64,000 nucleotides of DNA from an uncultured bacterium (GTDB lineage Bacteria; Hydrogenedentota; Hydrogenedentia; Hydrogenedentales; JAEUWI01). Location: NCBI GenBank assembly GCA_963977445.1, contig CAXBPH010000002.1, forward strand, positions 1-64,000, in the 5' to 3' direction. A program made the position numbers and the translations under genes. Position 1 is the stretch's first letter. The number at the start of each line of letters is the position of its first letter. Shown here piece by piece: positions 59,951-64,000 of the stretch. The notes under the pieces were generated by a model that was given only the letters and a program-made list of their open reading frames with translations, did not search any database and was not told the origin of the DNA.

Positions 59951-62900
59951 GTGAGCTCCGTGCAGACGATGGTTGAAGATATTGTTGCCGCATTGAGCGT
60001 CCAGATTTTTCGCGTGCCCATTGCGACCGTCGAGGAGGCCCGGGAAGTCTCAAAGACGTCCCATGACCATTCACTCATTGAAGAATTGAGTCGACGTGGT
60101 TTCCTGAACGACATGGAGCGGGCCTTCCTGGAAGATCTGTCGCTTCGTCTTGATAATCCCGAAGCGCCCACGGTGACCGGCTTTCCGGGGATGGGCGCTA
60201 ACCGGAAGGACGGTGCTCCAAGCCAACGGTCCAGAGAAGGGCAGCGCGAGTCTCTGGCCCCGAGCAGACCGGTCAGCCTCGATCTTCACAACGATTCACG
60301 CTACAGCATATTGAAGGAGCAAGGTCGCGGGGGAATGGGGCGGGTCCTTGCCGTGTGGGACGAGCGCATGGGCCGGGAAGTGGCGCTCAAAGAATTACTC
60401 CCCCAGAGTACGACGCGCCATGAAGAAGATCGGGATTCCGGCGAGGCCCGAGAACGGGTGATTGCCCGTTTCCTGCAGGAAGCCCAGGTGACCGGACGAC
60501 TCCAGCATCCGTCGATAATTCCCGTGCACGAAATCGGGGAGCGCGCAGACGGCACCCTCTACTACACCATGAAATGCGTCCATGGCCAGACCCTGCGGGA
60601 TGCCATCCGGAAGGCCGATTCTCTTGAGGCCCGTATGGCGCTTCTTCCCCACTATGTGAGTCTGTGTCAGGCCATGGCCTACGCCCATACCCATGGCGTC
60701 ATTCACCGGGACCTGAAGCCCAGTAACGTCATGATTGGTGAGTTTGGTGAGACGCTGGTCATCGACTGGGGCCTTGCAAAGGAAAGGGGTGCTGGTGATG
60801 GCGTGTTGGACGGGTCAATCGACCCGGCGGAGAACGGCGACGGCGAGATGCGTGATGGGCTCACGATGGACGGTCAGTTACTCGGTACGCCCCACTATAT
60901 GGCGCCCGAGCAGGCGGCCGGTCAGCACGCTACGCTCGACGAACGGGCCGACGTATATGCCCTTGGGGCGGTTCTGTACCACCTGCTCACGGGGCAACGC
61001 CCCTTTGAATCCCTGTCCGGTGTCGACGTGCTTCGCCAAGTCGTTCGAAAGCCATCGCTGTCGCCAGCGGTAGCCTGCCCGGGGATACCCGCCGCACTGG
61101 AAGCGATTTGTATGCGCGCCATGGCCCATGACCCGGCCGAGCGTTATTCCTCGGCAAAAGCGCTGGCAGAAGAAATTGTCCGCTTTCAATCGGGTGCCGT
61201 GGTGGCCGCCTACAACTATGGGCTGTCCGACCACGTCGTTCGTATCGTAAAGAAACATAAGCCCGTGGTATTGACGAGTGCGATCTTTGTCCTTATGCTG
61301 CTTTCTCTCGTTTGCTACACGGTGTATTCGCTTCAAGTGGGCAAGGAGAATGAGTACACCCTGCGAAAAGCAGCGGAGCAGGAAAGCTATGACCTCTCTG
61401 TCGCCCTGGCCCAACGCAGTATGGATGAGTTGCAATACGACGAAGTGGAGCGAATTCTTGAGGAGAGCCCGCCCGACTTTCGTGGTTGGGAATGGGGGCG
61501 CCTTAATTACACGGTGTCGAGTTTGCGGCGGAGTTATCCGCACCCGGCCACCCTTGCCGATATGGCACTCAATGGGCAGGGTGACCGACTCGTAACGATA
61601 GACTTCGAGGGTAACGGGCGGCTGTGGTCGGTTCCCGACTTTCAATTGATTCGTTCCTACGATCTGGGGAAGGAAGCGTGGGTGGTAGCCTTTCGGCCTG
61701 ATGGGAAAGAATTTGCGACCACGGGCGTCGAAGGCGTGATTCAGCGTTGGGATGTAGAAAGTGACCGTGCGGTCGCGGAATATCAATCTACCGGTAGCAG
61801 CTGTTGTACCCTGATTTATAGCCGCGATGGGCGTTATCTGGTGACGGCAGGAATGGACGACGCAATCTCTCAATGGGATCTTGACACGGGTCAGGTTGTG
61901 CGGAGGATAGCGACACCCAACGGCGTCATTAACAAGATTGCCCTCTCACCGGATGGAAAATGGCTTGCGGCAGCCGATGAAACGGGGCTGGTGTTGCTAT
62001 GGGATTGGGAAAAAGGCGACCTCATATATCAGCGTGAGGCCCACATGATTAGTCGCCAGCTGGGCGTGCTGGGGGCCATCTGGGTGGAGTTCAGCCCCGA
62101 CGGAAACACGCTCTTGTCCACTGGATGTGATGCGACAGCGAAATCCTGGGATCGCGCCACCGGCACCCTGAATTTTACCCTGGAAAGTTTTGTCAGCCGT
62201 GTATGGAGCGCCGGATATGCCACCGACGAGCGTACCATCTTCACAACGACGGAGGGCCTGGTACAGTTTTGGGATGCACGGACGGGTGAGGAAAAGCCGT
62301 CGTGGATTCGTGGTGATGGTGCCAGTAAACGGGCCATGCTCTTGCCCGGCGGGCAGGAGATGGTGAGTGTGGGGAGCAGCAATCTTATACGGCGTTGGCG
62401 ACTCGATCTGACGCCGGAAAATGAATCCCTGGACGGCGGCACGTCGCCCATGAACGGGGTTCGCTTCAGTCCCGACGGGACCGCCCTCGCCGCCACCGGT
62501 GGTCATTGGAAAGCGGGCGGCGACGGTCGGGTGCGGTTGTGGCAGGGCATCGGAAACGAGCAGTCCGTGCCGGCACTACCGCTGTTGCTCGAAGGCCCCG
62601 AAGGCTGGTCTCATCCGTTGGATTTTCACCCCAACGGCGAGGAGATCAGCGCGGGTGCCCGTGGTGGGCAGATTTTTACTTGGGACAGACGTGCGGGGAC
62701 GCTACTCCGCGAATTTAACTTGCCACAGTTTAAGACCGGGATTCGTTGTCTGGCCTACCGGGCCGATGGCAACGCCCTGTTTGTCACCGGCTGGGCGGAC
62801 GTAGATGTTCCCGTCGTCGTTGAACTATCAACGGACGACGGCACGATACTACGGGAGTTTTCCGACCAGCTTGAAACTATCGATTCGGTCGCATGCAGTC

Positions 62901-63340
62901 CCGACGGTCGCTATCTTGCCGCCGGTAGTCGTGATGGCAGCGCCTGCGTATGGGACCTGAAAACCGGAAAACTATACCGGAAATTCGTGGAAGATCTGGG
63001 CTGGGTCTACGGGGTTGCCTTCTCTCCCGACAGTCGATATCTCGCGACGTCGCACAATGGCTCCCTTGTGAATTTATGGGATTTGGCGCGGGGTGAAAAG
63101 GTTCGGGTACTTGGTGGTCTTCACGACCGGGTAAATAAAGTGACCTTCAGTCCCGATGGCACGCGGGTCGCTGCTTGCGATACCAATTCGGTCAAGGTCT
63201 GGAGTGCCACCACCGGTGCCGCGCTGATCACCCTGCCTCACGGGGCCTACGATGTTGCCTTCAGTCCCGATGGACGTATCCTCGCGGCCGCCGGCATAGA
63301 TGACCGCGTCTGGACGTGGCACGCCAGTGCATGGAAATAA
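59951..63340 (+). CDS. Hanks-type Ser/Thr kinase with hydrophobic segment and WD40 repeats
   Basis: GRGGMGRV, VALKE, HRDLKPSN, DWGLAK, GTPHYMAPE; many FSPDG...WD repeats. Confidence 0.93.
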   Translation: MSSVQTMVEDIVAALSVQIFRVPIATVEEAREVSKTSHDHSLIEELSRRGFLNDMERAFLEDLSLRLDNPEAPTVTGFPGMGANRKDGAPSQRSREGQRESLAPSRPVSLDLHNDSRYSILKEQGRGGMGRVLAVWDERMGREVALKELLPQSTTRHEEDRDSGEARERVIARFLQEAQVTGRLQHPSIIPVHEIGERADGTLYYTMKCVHGQTLRDAIRKADSLEARMALLPHYVSLCQAMAYAHTHGVIHRDLKPSNVMIGEFGETLVIDWGLAKERGAGDGVLDGSIDPAENGDGEMRDGLTMDGQLLGTPHYMAPEQAAGQHATLDERADVYALGAVLYHLLTGQRPFESLSGVDVLRQVVRKPSLSPAVACPGIPAALEAICMRAMAHDPAERYSSAKALAEEIVRFQSGAVVAAYNYGLSDHVVRIVKKHKPVVLTSAIFVLMLLSLVCYTVYSLQVGKENEYTLRKAAEQESYDLSVALAQRSMDELQYDEVERILEESPPDFRGWEWGRLNYTVSSLRRSYPHPATLADMALNGQGDRLVTIDFEGNGRLWSVPDFQLIRSYDLGKEAWVVAFRPDGKEFATTGVEGVIQRWDVESDRAVAEYQSTGSSCCTLIYSRDGRYLVTAGMDDAISQWDLDTGQVVRRIATPNGVINKIALSPDGKWLAAADETGLVLLWDWEKGDLIYQREAHMISRQLGVLGAIWVEFSPDGNTLLSTGCDATAKSWDRATGTLNFTLESFVSRVWSAGYATDERTIFTTTEGLVQFWDARTGEEKPSWIRGDGASKRAMLLPGGQEMVSVGSSNLIRRWRLDLTPENESLDGGTSPMNGVRFSPDGTALAATGGHWKAGGDGRVRLWQGIGNEQSVPALPLLLEGPEGWSHPLDFHPNGEEISAGARGGQIFTWDRRAGTLLREFNLPQFKTGIRCLAYRADGNALFVTGWADVDVPVVVELSTDDGTILREFSDQLETIDSVACSPDGRYLAAGSRDGSACVWDLKTGKLYRKFVEDLGWVYGVAFSPDSRYLATSHNGSLVNLWDLARGEKVRVLGGLHDRVNKVTFSPDGTRVAACDTNSVKVWSATTGAALITLPHGAYDVAFSPDGRILAAAGIDDRVWTWHASAWK

Positions 63341-63376
63341 ATGTTGGGTTGGAAGCCGTCGCGGTGATACGGAATG

Positions 63377-63412
63377 AAAAACTCCCGCCGAATTCGGGGA
63401 ATTCGACGGGAG
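63377..63412 (-). terminator. Rho-independent terminator
   Basis: ctcccg.cgaatt...aattcg.cgggag stem with a T-run on the minus strand, just after the stop at 63422. Confidence 0.65.
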
Positions 63413-63421
63413 CCATACGGT

Positions 63422-64000
63422 CTACTTTTTAATCACCCAGACTTCGCTCAGGCGCGACATCTGGCGCCAGTTGATGCCCGGCTCACGGGGTACGTCGAAG
63501 GTGAGTATCATGGTGCCGTCTTTGTAGAGTGCTTTCGGAATCGTGAATTCTTTCCGCTCGCCCACATCGATGGGGTCGATGGAAGGTTCCACGCGCTCGC
63601 CATTTACTCGGAGCAGGCACTGACCGTAGCCGGTCGTGCGCACCAGGTACGTGGCCTCCGGGTCCAGCCCGTCATAACGGAGTCCCATGGGCCAATCCAT
63701 CTTACTGACCCAGGATTGACGCACCCGGGTAAGGCCATTATCCCACCACATGAAATCGGGGTTCATGTGGCGTCGCATGAGGGGGTCCGTGCTGAGGGCT
63801 TCGCCCCGGATTAGGTGGTCAGATTGGGCCACATTGCCGATATCGTCATAGAAGCTGCCGGGACCGGGGTTTTCCCACGTGTACAGCACATTCAGACGAT
63901 CCAGTTTTTCCGCATCGCTATTTAGACCGCGAATCTCCGCCATCTGGTCTTCATACCACCAGCGGTTGTTCAGCGGGTAGTCGATGAAGTCGAGGACCGC
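63422..64000 (-). CDS. C-terminal part of a hypothetical protein running off the window edge
   Basis: Reading frame open to the edge; PGPGSFYDDIG motif; followed by a terminator. Confidence 0.7.
   Translation of the reverse strand, partial: AVLDFIDYPLNNRWWYEDQMAEIRGLNSDAEKLDRLNVLYTWENPGPGSFYDDIGNVAQSDHLIRGEALSTDPLMRRHMNPDFMWWDNGLTRVRQSWVSKMDWPMGLRYDGLDPEATYLVRTTGYGQCLLRVNGERVEPSIDPIDVGERKEFTIPKALYKDGTMILTFDVPREPGINWRQMSRLSEVWVIKK

Noticed and set aside
59951..63340. Ser/Thr kinase-WD40 protein as a novel system
   Set aside because: Common architecture in such genomes, with no partner ECF sigma factor or other unusual neighbour in the window

Overview
GC-rich bacterial chromosomal window, densely coded, with about 50 credible CDSs. 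No rRNA, tRNA or CRISPR array was recognised. The gene repertoire (Tat-exported Gfo/Idh/MocA, BNR sialidase-like proteins, DUF1573, WD40 Ser/Thr kinase, HDOD proteins) resembles Hydrogenedentota or Planctomycetota; this is inference only. Recognisable housekeeping genes are pilT-like, thiG, metF, metH, clcA, comF, an AgcS symporter, a sodium:solute symporter and an FAD/Fe-S oxidoreductase. The rest is carbohydrate-active enzymes and many signalling proteins. The most unusual region is 44.4-54.2 kb. It holds (i) a large-partner/VapC pair and (ii) an apparent sigma54-driven operon of three tiny peptides with related acidic leaders (two ending in Gly-Gly), two of which carry consecutive fragments resembling the Hcp N-terminus. 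It also holds (iii) a four-gene secreted-protein locus built around a 12-cysteine small protein plus a DUF1573 protein. Other points of interest are a covarying REP-like palindrome family, an orphan Pycsar-type effector, a cysteine-less LOV-like PP2C phosphatase, a His-less hybrid kinase and a stand-alone PilC/GspF-like N-terminal domain. All family calls come from motif recognition by eye; no database search was run.
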